DNA from: Stegostoma tigrinum
Taxonomy: Eukaryota
Assembly: GCF_030684315.1 (NCBI RefSeq)
Contig: NC_081365.1
Span: 45,865,205 to 45,929,204, forward strand
Direction of reading: 5' to 3'
DNA: 64,000 bases
Shown in pieces: positions 48,701 to 61,799 of this stretch. A program made the translations under genes and the position numbers. The notes beneath the pieces were generated by a model. That model searched no databases, was not told the origin of the DNA, and saw nothing but the letters and a program-made list of their open reading frames with translations. The number at the start of each line of letters is the position of its first letter. The stretch's first letter is position 1.

Positions 48701-51700
48701 AGACACTGTTTATACCAGCATGTTGTCCCCTTGGTGATAGAGCTTTTGATTTGAAAATACAAATTAGGAGTAGGATTAGATCCTTTGGCTGTTTTGTGAT
48801 TCAGTGAGTAACTACACAATTCCGCCCACTCCATTTTTTTTCAGGTTTTAATTTTAACTAATTTTATAATAGCAAAATAAAGATTGGAAAATCCACTTTA
48901 TTCAGGTAAAAGTTAAAATATCAAAAAGACTTTTTAAACATTTTAAAACCTATTCATTTATGACAATGAAGAAACTTGACATTCTATAAATGTAAAATTT
49001 GTTTTTCAAAGAGGTTGCTGAACAGTAATAATGCACAATTATAGTGAAAAATAATGACCAATACAGACAAAATGCAGTTTTTCAGATAAAGTTGTTCATT
49101 CAACAAAGCCTATTTCAACAGTTTCAATATCATGACTACATTCACAGCAGTTCTGGTGCCACACTATTGGAAGATTGTGATTGCACTGGAGAGGGCGCCA
49201 ACAAGATTTACCAGGATATTACCTGGGATGAAAAAACTCACTTATGAGGAAAGACTGAATAGGCTGGCTTTGTTTACCTCGGCGTAGAAGAGGCTGAGGG
49301 GGAATCTGTTCAAAGTGTACAAAATTATGACAGTTATAGACAGTGTAGATTGCGACAGTCTCTTCTCCATGGCAGATGTGTCTTAGACCAGCGGGCATAG
49401 GTTTAAGGTGAGGAGCAAATGCTTTAGAGGAGACCTGAGAAATTTGTTACCCGGGGGTAGTAGAAATATGGAAGATGCTGCCCAAGAGGGCAGTGGAGGC
49501 AGAAACTCAGCAACATTTAAGAAGCGTCTGGATGAGTACTTAAATGCCAAGACGTAATAGGATATTATCCAAGTACAGGTAAGTGGGAATATTGGAGTTA
49601 TGATGTTTGTTGATTGACAAATGTGGTGGGCCAAAAGGCCCGTTTGTGTTGTATGAGCCTGTTACGACCTTTTGTTATGTGCATTGATTGGTGAAACTTG
49701 GGCTGTTTTCCTTGGAGAGGAAATTTGAGAGACTTGCTCAAAATCTTGAAGGGTCTGCGAATAGGGAGAAACTGTTGAATAAGTAGAAGCATGGAGATCA
49801 GAGGATACGGGTTTAAATGGATGGTAAAATAACCAAAGCTGACAGAGGATAAACACCTAGTGTATAGTTAAAATCTGGAATGTACTATCTAAGAGTGGAA
49901 TGCAGGCACAATTAATCATGAGTTTCATAAGGATAATTATTTAAAGAGAAAAGAGTTTGCAGAATTACCAGAAAAAATTGGAGGAGTCGTACCAGCTGAG
50001 TTGTTTGTGCACAGAGCCATCTGCATTGGAACATTCTGTGATTCAATGAGCGGTCGCCTTTTCTTTTTACTGTGTAACAACTGTGGCTTTGTTTTGTTTT
50101 TGTTTTTAATCCCAATATCCTACTTTAAACATTAAAGGAATGCCAGTGAAATCATTGTTCTGTTAAATTTTTGTTTGGACTAAATCATGTTGGATCAGGC
50201 CAATGAAATAAATCATGCAGTGCATGTATTAAATCATTTCTGTAATAGTCTTAATTTAATTTTCAACAGTTTTTCCAACAGTTTTTATTCTTCTCTGTGC
50301 ATTGCTGATCAGTTTCCGTTATAATGCCAGTCAGATTTTAAAATGAAGCTGGGGGTAGCGCGCATGAAGAGAAACAAATACAATAACTTTTACTGGAGAA
50401 GAAGGTACTTAGCAAACTCATGGGACTAAAGGATGATGTGTCCACTGCACCTAATGAGTTACATCCTTAAATTTTAAAGGAAGCAGCTACAGAGATAGTG
50501 GATTGCAATGGCGGTAATCTGAGAATACGTAGTTGCTTGGACAATTCCAGAGGATTGGACGACTGTCTATGGTGACACCTTTATTCAAAAAGGGAGGGAG
50601 ACAAAATACTGGTAACCGTAGGCCTGTTATCTTAACATCTACCATTGGGAAAACATTGAGACTATTATAAAGAAGACAGCAGCAGAACATGTAGAAATGC
50701 ATAATGTAATCAAGCAGAGTCAGCGTGGCTTCAAGAAGTGGAAATCATGCCTGAAAAATTTATTAGAATTTTTTGAGGTGGTAACAAGTGGGGCATAAAT
50801 AGGGGAGCCAGTGAATGTAATGTATTTAATGTACAGCATTTGAGGCTGCTTAATAATATGAGGCCATGCTGTTGGGGATAGTATATTAGTACGGTTAGTG
50901 GTTAGCTAATCAATTGAAGGCAGAGAATTTAGGATAAAAGGGACAATTTCAGGATGGTAATCTGCAAGTAGTAGAGTGACAGGGATTGGTGCTGGGGCAT
51001 TATATATTAGTGACTTGGATGATGGAAGTGAATGGACTATTATGTTTCTGAATGACGCAAAAATGGAAGAAATGATGATACAAAGAGTCAACAGATGGTT
51101 ATAGACAAGGCAAGTGACTGGGCAGAAACTTGGTAGATGGAATATAAGATGGAAAAATGCAAGTTTATATAGTTTGGCAGGAAGAATAAAAGAACTGAAT
51201 ATTATTGAAATGGTCAGTGATTTAAAAAATCTTCAGCACAGATGGATTTGGGCATCCTCATGCATAAGTTATGAAACGCCAGCATCCATGCTCAGTGGAT
51301 AATAGGGCAGACAAATGGACTTTTGGCTTTCATATTAAAGGTACTGAAATATATAAAGAGAGCAGTCTTGTTAAACTATACAAGGCACTCATCAGATCAC
51401 ACGTGAAATATTGATCTCCTTGTCTAAGGAAAGATGTACTGATATTGGTGGCAGTCCTGAGAAGGTTAACTAGCTAGATTCTGGGTGTGAAGTGATTTTC
51501 TTACAGAGAGAGGTTGAGTAGGTTGGACCTGGCCTTTTGGAATGTCGAAGAATGTGAGGTGACCTAATTGAAACCTTTAGTAGGATAGCTGTGGAGAGGT
51601 GGTTTCACATAGAGAGGTAAATTGAGGATAAGAGGATATAATCTCAGAGCAAGAGGTTTACCTGGTCAGGACAGGATGAGAAGAAATTTTTTCTCTCCTA

Positions 51701-54700
51701 GGCTGATGAATCTGTGGAGATCTTTATTGCAGAGGGCTGTTGAGGCTGGTTCATTAAGAATATTTAAGGCTGAAATAAGAGAATTGAGGCTAATGGGAGG
51801 AAAGCCAATAAAGTGGAATTGAGCATTTTTTTCAGCCACTGTCTCATTGAATGGCAGAGAGACTTGATGGGCCAAATGGTATACTTCTGCCCATATGTGT
51901 GTGGTCTTTATAAAATCACCAAATACACTTTAATTGAAATACTGTGTCTATCTATGACTCCAATTCTGGCCACATACTTTAGGCAGAACGCCAAAGCCTT
52001 CGAGAAGGTTAAAGAGCTTTCTCAGAATGGTAATAGGATGAAGGACAAAGAAAGATAATGCGGATTCTGCAGATATGAATTAAGGACCAGAAAAATTCAT
52101 GAAACAAAGTTAATGCTTTAGACTGATCACTTGTTAGAAAAGGAAACACTTCGAGATGTGATTTGCCTAGTCTGATCAATTTGTCATTGGTCTCCTACAT
52201 TATTCCAATGATGTTTGCCGAAAGACTAAGGAACAGCATCTGTTTTTTTTTGATAGAGCCTTCCAGATTCAAATGGAGTTTAACTATTTCAGATCCTTTT
52301 TTTTATAAAGACTGTTTGTTTTTGTTCCAATGTTGGGTAGCTACTGTCATTGATACTAGGAACTGCCGATGCTGGAGAATCTGAGATAACAAGGTGTAGA
52401 GCTGGATGAACACAGCAGGCCAAGAAGCATCAGAGGATCCTTCTTCAGACTGTCAGCTTTCCTGCTCCTCTGATGCTGCTTGGCCTGCTGTGTTCATCCA
52501 GCTCTACACCTTGGTATCTCTATTGTCATTGATGTCGCTCTTCATACACATACATACACACACATATATCTCCACAGTTCATTAATCCATCTTTCCTCAC
52601 CTTACATATGTCCTTATATCTTCTTCTGCATTTCACAGTCGTCTTTTATATAAGTTAATATCTCCTGTCTTCCAGCTACCTTGTCACAGACTTTCCCTTT
52701 ACTATTTCCAATTTTTACAATACCAGGATTTATTATTACCATAAAATGTTGCTTGCTTAAAATATATTGTAGCTCTAAAGTTTGCCAGTTGTCATAAAAA
52801 GTAATTGACCCGAAAATGTTAGCTCTGCTTCTGTCTCCACAAAGATCTAAGTAGCGGACATGTTCAAAGGATTTTGATAAGATTAAGCTAATCAAAACTA
52901 TTCACCAGGAAGATGATGCGTTACCAAAGTGCACGGATTTAAGATGTTTGGTAAAGGAATCAGAGATACTTCCTTTCCTCAGTGAGTTGTGGTTTAGAAT
53001 GCACTGTGTGAAAGGGTGTTGGAAGCTGATAGAAGTAATTTTCAAAAGCAAACTTGATATATGTTGAAAAGAAAAGAAAATAAAGGAGAAGTAGAGGCTT
53101 GTGGCAGTGTATTTGAATAATTTATTCATCTGTTTTTCAAGAGAGTGATGCCATCTAGTTTCTTTGTGCTACTGCGGTTTTTCTTGAGAGTTGATGGAGT
53201 ACTCATTCGAACAAATGATACAAGAGTTTATCATGAGGTAAGGGTGGATAACAATTATCTACGTTTTCTATTGATACTTTAACTCAACTTATTTACAAAT
53301 ATTTTGACACACGTCTAGGACTTGAAAACAGACATTCTGGCCCAGAAGTAGGGACATAACCACGAGGCCATAAGTGCCCTTTACCTTATCTATATATTGT
53401 ATTCATATTGTGGTATTGAAACAAAATATGATGTAATTTAGTAACTATAATACATGCAGATGAACTGTAATTTTATGTCTGTACTGTGCAGAGTTATCAT
53501 TCGTTCTTATTTATTCTCCATGAACCTATTGGATTTTCCATTGGAAAAGAATAATTGGAACACAGGATCGAGTTCGATGATTATTTCCAATCCAATGCTG
53601 TATGAACGACATATTTGTTTTGCTATGTTTCCTCCTACTCGTTACAGGAAGTGTGTCCCTATTTCAACCTCAAATGCAATACTTCTTGTGTTGCTGACAC
53701 CAAGTCTCTGCAATAGCTCAGCTTTTTAATGATACAATGTTTATTGCTATTATCCACAAATTCAAATTAATATGAACGTCTGTTGTTGTAGTTAGACTTT
53801 GTTGTGGACACCCATTCCTCTCCCCATGCCCACATACAAAGTCAGTAATCTGCAAAATCATCAGATCTAGTGAGGACTTGCCCTTCTTCTGTTCTCCTAT
53901 CTCCCATAAGAAACTCATTAAAAGATTAAATCTTGTTCATTGGGTTTCATTGGCCATTTGGGAAAGAACTACAGCTGAATAACTGATTTGCCCCTGAGAA
54001 TATAATTTTGTATTTATGTAATGTTAAATGCCTCTTTTATGATTAATTACAGGATTTTTAAAAAAAGTTCTTATTTTATGTCAGCTGATGATACTTCAGC
54101 ATCGCTGCTTTTACTCTATTTGTATATGAGAATCATGATTTTTGCTGTCTGCAAATTTTTTAACATGTTATTTGATTAGTGCTTTTTATTTACTGGTTGG
54201 CTGTCTGAATTTTTTAATGTGGTAGGCTACTTGGATAGCCTGTCCAATTGCACATCAAGAAAGTTAAAGTTCTGGTCAAAAAGATCAACTCCCATGTGAA
54301 GCTTTCTGAGGGAATAAAAAATCTTGGCCGTTTTTTTTCTTGTCTTCATAGCAGTTTTGGAAATGCCACATAGTTAACCTTGTTCATGAAATCTCTACAT
54401 ACAAATAGATTTTGCCTTTCAAAACATTTTGTGACTGCCTTCCACTTTGCCTTCAGTCTTGTTTTGTGAAGGAATACATTTTCTTGGTAATTTTGCTCCA
54501 ATAACTCAGTGGCTTTCGGCTGAAATTTGCCAAATAAATAAAACTTCTATGATACCACCATATTCTTTTCGGTTTTTCTTTTGTCTTTCCACTTTTTATT
54601 TAATGTTTTCAACACTTGACAAAGACATGATTGAGCAATGAGGATGAAAACGATAAAATGATTTAAGAAACAATTAGATATGAAGGAACTCTACAATTAG

Positions 54701-56246
54701 AGTTTCATAGAATCCGTACAGTGCAGAAAGAGGCCATTCAGCCCACTGAGTTTGCACTGACCCTCCGAAGAGCATCTCACCCTTTCCCTATAACCCCATT
54801 TGGGGGTTTTTACCATGACTAACACATTTTAACATAAACAATCTTGAACACTACTGGGCAATTTGTTTCTTTTCCTGAATGGTTAAATAAAGATGGATTG
54901 CATACCTTCCTCATCTATAACTGTACAATTTTCAGAAATGAGGCTATATTATTTTTTACAAAAATGTATTTTGTAGTTTACAAAATTTAAAGCCCTTCTT
55001 TGTTCTTCTCTAAACCCAAAATAAGAAATAAAATATTGCTGATGCTGGAAATCTGGAACAAAACAGAAAATACTGAACGTGGCAAAAAATGAAGAAAGAA
55101 AATATGACGATGTTTTAAAACCCTTTAGCAGAACCCCATACCCAGGCCCTAATAGAAACTGAAAAGAATATGTTGAAGGAAAAAACATTGAACAGTGCCA
55201 AAACAGAAGTTGAAGCAGCAGTAATGTTTTCCCTTGAAGATCTAGACCGTACATTTTGGTCCTTTCCAAAGAGATCTGGGAAAATAGTATATGAACTTAA
55301 AAAGTGAAGAACAATGAAAGGTGAGATAAATTTTTAACAAAGAAAAATATTTCTTTCTCTTTCAAAGGCTGACAAAAACTACCTTCTGTCTGAATACAGC
55401 TCTCGGGAAAGTAGTATATCTGCTCTTCAGGTAAATTTTTTGAAGTGTCTGGAATTTGTAATTTAATTACTTAAAAATTAAAAGATTACCAGGCATTTTG
55501 GAAATGCAACACGTGAACAGTTGGCAAATGTAAATTGCATGTCAGATTTCCTCATAATTCCTGTCCTGTTTTGCCAAATCTGATGGAATGATGACCTTTC
55601 ATGCAAAGGAGTGTTCGTGGAAATTCTTTTTTTGTGTGCTCATTTTTGTGACCTAAGTTGGGAGGGCAATCCTTCTACAAAGGACGCATTTACAGATCAG
55701 CTGTAAAAACAACAGCACTTTAAGGACCACCATGGTTGAGTTCTGTATGTATAGTAAGGAACTGTCAGCGTATTTTATGATCCAAACATTTTACAGCATA
55801 TTTAAAGCTTAGGCTAGCTTTTGTCTAAAAATAAATGGGCCCTAAAATTATGCTGTCGCATAGTACGCAAAAATTTCTTTCTACCATTCTCCAGATTTTT
55901 TTTCTTTTGCCATTTTACTGCATGTGTTAATTAGTTTGAAATACATGGGTGAATGTGTTAAGTATAAGTATTGATGAGTTAGAATGTCATACTACATTTT
56001 CAGGACCCTGGATTGGTGGGAGGAGGTTAAAAAAACTTGCATGTAATTCCCTAAACCTAATCAGATTCACTTGTGTTTCAGAATGTTCCACAGTATCTTT
56101 TTACTGATCCGAATGAGATCTCAAAGTATTTACCGCTGAAAAAGCTAATCTGCGAGAAGTTGGAATTCCCAGATGGAGTGGATAACAACACTACATTTGA
56201 AAATATGCAGAATAGCGTTGCAGGCAGAGAATCAAGACAGACGTGA
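45610..56246 (+). CDS. TIPRL: TIP41-like protein (PP2A/PP4/PP6 regulator), full gene: join(45610-45713,47251-47430,47750-47849,48128-48259,53142-53237,55368-55430,56082-56246), 840 nt, 279 aa
   Basis: The spliced frame reads [55 protein letters not shown]...[15 protein letters not shown]...[16 protein letters not shown]...[23 protein letters not shown]..., a hallmark TIP41 domain. All introns are GT-AG with consistent phases, and there is an in-frame TGA just upstream of the ATG. Confidence 0.96.
47251..47430 (+). CDS. TIPRL: TIPRL coding exon 2
   Basis: [60 protein letters not shown]. Confidence 0.95.
47750..47849 (+). CDS. TIPRL: TIPRL coding exon 3
   Basis: [33 protein letters not shown]. 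Confidence 0.95.
48128..48259 (+). CDS. TIPRL: TIPRL coding exon 4
   Basis: [44 protein letters not shown]. Confidence 0.95.
49140..50045 (+). mobile_element. Two CR1 3' fragments
   Basis: [28 protein letters not shown] and CR1 3'UTR tails. Confidence 0.75.
50345..52040 (+). mobile_element. Degenerate CR1 LINE (RT and 3'UTR)
   Basis: [42 protein letters not shown]. Confidence 0.82.
52355..52520. mobile_element. Palindromic mini Penelope-terminus insertion with 14-bp TSD in TIPRL intron
   Basis: Arms 52383-52437 and 52466-52520 are near-perfect reverse complements; CTAYTGTCATTGAT at 52341-52354 and 52520-52533. Confidence 0.88.
52890..53140 (+). mobile_element. Old CR1 3'-end remnant abutting TIPRL exon 5
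   Basis: HGFKMFG.., CAGTGAGTTGTGGTTTAGAATGCACTG..GGGTGTTGGAAGC..TTTTCAAAAG..TTGAAAAGAAAAG, as in the CR1 3'UTRs at 49860-50040 and 12700-12870(-). Confidence 0.6.
53142..53237 (+). CDS. TIPRL: TIPRL coding exon 5
   Basis: [32 protein letters not shown]. Confidence 0.95.
54705..54865 (-). mobile_element. Partial HE1-type SINE (tail half)
   Basis: CATAGAATCCGTACAGTGCAGAAAGAGGCCATTCAGCCC..ACTACTGGGCAATTT. Confidence 0.65.
55368..55430 (+). CDS. TIPRL: TIPRL coding exon 6
   Basis: [21 protein letters not shown]; 63 nt, phase 0-0. Confidence 0.93.
56082..56246 (+). CDS. TIPRL: TIPRL coding exon 7 with stop
   Basis: [32 protein letters not shown]...SRQT*. Confidence 0.94.
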   Translation, partial: NVPQYLFTDPNEISKYLPLKKLICEKLEFPDGVDNNTTFENMQNSVAGRESRQT

Positions 56247-56898
56247 CATTCTGCTACAGAAAGAGAGGAGTTGTATGCTCTTTATGTAATAAACTAGTAT
56301 AATCCTATTTGATTTACTTTAGTAGCTGCCAGTATACTACTAAAAAACTACTGCAATGAATTTTGTGTTGTAAAGCTGCAGCTAACGTTCTGACAGCTGT
56401 AGTGGGACTATTTATCAAAAACAACATTTATTTTCTGGCTTGCTTTAAGAATTCAGGCTTAGTTGTAGAAGCCAAAATATTGTGAGCAGTGCAGCTTTCA
56501 GTCTGAATTTTATGTGCAAGTTATTGATGTTTCTACTTTTTCTGCCAATGAAATCTTGAATCTATTCAAGTTCTGTAAAGACAGATGGAATTTTTAACTG
56601 GTTATTTGTAATTAAGGTGAAAATTAGTTGATTTACAACAAGTTGATTGAAACAGCACCTTTCATTATGTGCTGTAGTATGGGAATATGCTTGAACTGTA
56701 CCACAGCATTTGTACTTGTTTGTCACTAACACAACCCCCTTGCATATGAGTAAATTTCAACAATTGTCCACATAGCCAATATCACAGGCAGTCATTTACT
56801 GCAAGTTATCTTTGTGCAGTTTTGTATTACTGATCAGTTAATGTAAGCCAATAATGGATATCATTAAAACAGTGGAACTGTATAAACCATAAAATCTA

Positions 56899-56904
56899 AA
56901 TAAA
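56899..56904 (+). terminator. Candidate TIPRL polyadenylation signal (a proximal AATAAA is at 56288-56293)
   Basis: AATAAA after ~650 nt of unique AT-rich 3'UTR-like sequence, just before repeats resume. Confidence 0.45.
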
Positions 56905-58879
56905 GATTGATTTCTGAATAGGTTCATTCGTGAAAAAAATCTGAAGTTGTTTGACTTATAGTCAAGATTGATAAATTTTTAGCAAAATTTACTTTAGATT
57001 GAAGCGTGTTAACTTTTTGGTAAATGAATCAAGTCATAAAAAATGCTGTAAATCTGAAATAAAAGCAGATCAGATCATCAATGGAGAGAGAAACAGGACA
57101 AGAGAATCTTATCTCTCTCTCTCAAAGATGTTACTTGGCCTTCCAGCATTTTCTGTGTTTATTTGATTTCCAGCATTCACAATAGTTTGCTTTTGATTAA
57201 GGAGAAACAGACAGTTTAATACACGTGCCATTTATAGAACAAGGTACAGAAATCTATTAAGACAGAAATTAGCACTTAACTTTTAGATCTTGCTTTGTAA
57301 CCTTTATAAATTCTAAGGAAATCTATGATGTATCTGGCTTCTGATTCCTGGACGAGGGCCTCCTGTTACAAACCTATTCAGGAATGTACGAGTTCAGCAG
57401 TAAAGGAGATCTTTGCAGAAATCAAGTCTCCATTTTTAGCAGTGTGCTGTGGTCTGAGACTTAAATGACCAGCAGCATATCCAGTCACTTGGACAGCTCC
57501 AGTGGAAGGGTAGAGTGTAGGTAAGTGTGGGGTTAGGCTGGCAGCTGTTTAGGGTGCCAGATTAGATGTGATTAGTGTGCTAACTGACCGGGTTGCCAGG
57601 TAAGTGAAGAAGTGTTTGGTTAGGTTAGGGGGTGCCTGGTCTGGCAGTGGGAGGAGAATGTTGCATTGAAGTTGGAAGGAAGTGAGGGCAAAGTGTTGAT
57701 TTCCTTTGGGATGATGTTTGTTGGATTTGGTAGAGAAACTGAGTAGAAATTTCAGGTTGGGCCAGGGTCTACTTGTGCGTAAAGTCATCAGGCCAGAGGG
57801 GGAGCGTGGGTGGGGATGATTGTCTAGGTTAAGAGTGCTGTAAAGAGTCGGATCAATTATCAGTCTGTGATTAAGGCTTTTGATTTAACTGTAATTCAGC
57901 AGTGAGTGCAGGTTTTTAATCCTCTACCCCTTTCTGGGTAACTATTAAACAGAATTGACTCAACCTCTGAAGTTTTTAATTTAGGGCTTTTCTGGTGGGT
58001 TCCAAATGCAAGGGAATTGACAATCAAAAGTTTAAATTTCTCGGGCAATTCTCATGGAGTCCGTTGCTTTGGAAATTACATATGGTCCTATCAAATAACT
58101 CTAATCACTCCTGTTCCAGTGACTCTCTGGCCAACAGAATATTTGGGCGAACATCTTCCAGAGTGCAAAGGAGATTTAGTGATGCTCAGATTCTCCACCT
58201 AGTTTAAGTACACGAGCGCCTGATAATATGGTAGCCTAAAGTGAAAAGATAGATCTAATTTGGATGAACTCATTTTTCATCTCTCATGGGATCTAATATT
58301 AGGCCAGAACTCTATGCAACTATAACAGCCACTACATCCTTGCAGCCTGCCATCTATCTAATTGATTTTGCTCTCTAGTTGAGTTAAATGAAACTCATGA
58401 ATATTTTTCCTCATTAATGTACTTCCATTATTAATATGTTTATGAGGACTTTTTTTTAAAAAAAAGACAAGTTTCTGGAAGGTCACTTTGGACTCTCAAA
58501 AACGTATATTGGAAGAAATAATAAACCAAGCAAGTAACTGGAGCCACTTAGACTATGGAACTACTTGGACTGGTTTGCAGATAAGTCACATGTCTGAATG
58601 TACTGCTGTCTGGAGCTTTGGGTTGTTGGATATTGTTTGGAAAAGTTGGGTGGGGTGTAGCTGGCCAAGAGAGAAGCTACCTAACTCATATCTACATTTT
58701 TGAGAAACCCCTTTAGAATCTAGTGTAAGAGCTGGAAAACTGATGCAGCAATTCTCCTGAGAAGCTTCTGGAAGATTGCTGAACATCACCTCAGTGAAAA
58801 CCTTATGAAAGGATCCCAGTGATGACTGCATTTACCAAGATGCCAGACCAAAAGAATTCCAGAATATTTCATATCCTCG

Positions 58880-60065
58880 TCAAGGTGGAGGCGGAGTAGG
58901 GCTCCTCACCAGAGCTTGTCTGCACTGATTGCATGCCTTGTTTTTTTTTCATTCTTTCCTCTTTCTTTCTTTTAGTTGTTTATTGTTTACAGCTTGCTTG
59001 TGGAGGCAGTGACGGCAGCAGCTGGGGGAGTTTGACAATTGGTCATGAGGCAGCTGGTCACGATTGGTGGCATTGTGGCTTCATTGATGTCTGGCACAGT
59101 AGAAGTGGGACTCTGCAACGAGGTGCCTAATGCAGCAACAGACAATGGCAGTGGCTGGGGCACAGCGCGAGCCTGGATGGTGGCAGCAATGCAATGGCGG
59201 CAACAGATGACGGTGGTGAGTGGTGAAAGATGGCAGCAGTGGCGGTCAGTTGCGAAGAATGATGGCAGTGGTAAAGCAGTTGTCAGGGCTGAAGCTTTGC
59301 CAGTGGCAGTGAAGTCTGGCATGCCCGATGACGATAGTGGCATCGGTGGCTGGTGAACACAGGTGGATTTCCAGCATGGGAAAGCATGCACAGCACAGGG
59401 AAGAGCGAACTCCATCAGGGAAAACGCAGCTTGGAACGTCTGTAAGCCCATGACTTAAGAAAGGACTGTAATCTTTGATACTTTAACTTTATTTCTTTAA
59501 TTTTCCACATTTATACTAAGATAGCAGTATCGAACTTTTTAAACTTGTGTCTTTGTTTTTCTACTTTTGTAACTGTGATTTTGTACCTATGTATTTTTTA
59601 CCTAAGATGGAGCTGTGTGTGGCGACATGGTATTCCTTTCACAGTACTCTTGTACCCCGTGCTTGAGTACATGTGACAATAAAACAGCCGCCGTCTGATG
59701 TGGCGTCTTCTCAGCCCAGCATGGCAGTCTTCTGGTGGTATGTGGCAGTTTCTTGGCCTCGTATGGCCTCAGTGTGGTTGCCCGGTCTCAACCTTATTCC
59801 AGAGCGATCTCCCAGCCTCATGAACCTCGAGGTGAAACCTGCATGGACTGGAGGTTAGGTGCCAGCACAGTCTGGGTTGCAAGACCATTGTTCTGAACTT
59901 TCTATTCCTGCAGTGCTGGACATTTTATTTCTCTGTTTTCTAAGATCTTGTAACTTAATAAGCGGTACCTAGGTATCTTTGTACCCAAGATGGTGCTGTA
60001 AGTGATGACTTACAAACTGTTCACTGTACACATCGGGTATGTGACAATAAAGCTAATTCAGTAAA
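58880..60065 (+). mobile_element. Two tandem non-coding repeat units ending in the same LINE-like tail (possibly Rex1-related)
   Basis: ..CCTAAGATGG..TTCACAGTACTC..GTACATGTGACAATAAA at ~59600-59683 and ..CCCAAGATGG..TTCACTGTAC..GTATGTGACAATAAA at ~59985-60050. Confidence 0.5.
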
Positions 60066-61799
60066 ACCTAAACCTAAATCTAAATTGTAGCTTATTCTTT
60101 GAGAATAAACTATTATTTAGCTGACGTGCATTTTTTTAAGACAAAAGTTGATCTCTGCAGAGAAGGTTCCATCATCTTTAATCAGTGTGTATAGTTTTAA
60201 AAAAAACAAGGATTGCTGAAGTATTAGTGCAGGTTTCAAAATAAAATAGCCTGATAATCATTGTAGGTACTATTTACACAAGTTTGTTCAAACAATAATT
60301 GAAGTGTAGTTTGCAGGTATGTTGGAGCTAAGGGATGTGTTAAGTGAATATTCAGCCAGCAACAGGTAGCTGATTTGGTCGGCGGTCGAGTAACTAGATA
60401 TTGATGGCAAAGGGCTTCTGCCTGCCAACATCTATGTGATCTTTTAGGTTGCAGAATGGCTTGAGGCTGTAAAAATCATAGAATCTTTCAGATCTCCATC
60501 GCTTAGGAGATCTCTCTGTTTACTCCAGGAAAAGTCAATTTAAGACTGAAGAAAACCAGTTTATTTTTCCTTTAGCAATTGATGTAAACTGTGAATTTTA
60601 ATTAATAACTTAGATAGCTTTTATAAATGTTAATCAGTGATTTTGTGCTTCCTGTATATCAGTGAAAGTATCCAGAGAAGCAAGACTGACGTGCAGTGTT
60701 CTGATAGCACAAAAACCACCTTAGCAGATCCTGTGGTCAGAGACCACTGAATTTTCCAGTTTTCTTTCTCTGTAATACCTATGTTTGTTTCTCCAGACTG
60801 TGTATTTGTATATAAGCAGGAGTTCATAAGGTGATTGGAGTTTTAACTGATAGAGTTATATGTGAATGTTCATAATTGTTTACCTGTAGCTGGAGTCTAC
60901 TTGCTTGTAGCAAGAAGTCAATCTTGTTAAGTTTAGAAATCTGATGCATGTTTTCTGTTCACCTTAGCCTAGAAGTCATACAGAGTGGAAAATTTTGCAT
61001 ACTTCTAAAAATCTTTAATTTTTGCGATGACTCAGGAAACAGTCGGGCTTGATTATCCACTATGTCTCCCCAGTCAGATATCACAAAATAAGCCTGGACT
61101 GGCAGATTTTTCTTCTTCTGAAACTAACGTAAAGTATATATCAGATCATATTGATACATGAGTAAGCATTTAAATATATGCTCTGACAAGGGACCACTGA
61201 AAGATACTGGCGTGTTTTCCCCTATCTTGGCCAGAACAACAGAATCATGTCTTTTTTTGCAAACATGGGCGTGGTTTTGCCTGTAAGAAGTCTCTGGCTA
61301 TTAAATCCCTTAATTCATCTAGAAAGACAAGGGTAATAGATCATAGAAATACCGCAAGCTGCAAGTTCACCTCTGAGTTACTCACGATCCTGATTTGGAA
61401 ATGCATTTCTATTCCTTCACTGTCACTGGATCAAATCCTGGAATTCGAATTGTGGATCTACTTCCAACACATGGGCTTCGTGTGAAAGAGTGATGCTCAC
61501 AGCTCTTGAGCTTTTATTTTAGAAGATCAGGTACACACTCTAATCAGAACTGGACATCATTAGACATTAATTTTTAAACAGTCTCCGAGTAATGAGTTGT
61601 GTTGAAGTTGGAGAAAGTTTTGAAAGGCACACGGGCTGCAAAAGGCTCAGCTATTCATGGCAATCCTGAATTCTAGAGTTTCGTAGTTGAATTAATTTCT
61701 TTAATTAATTAGATCAAATATAAATTTAAATCTCCAAATGCCATTGGTTATGACGCAGTTTTGTCCATATTTACGGGAGAGACTTAAAAGAAAACCGTA

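Noticed and set aside
58933-59451. GC-rich ORFs on both strands
   Set aside because: Low-complexity GGCA-rich repeat body with no recognisable protein.
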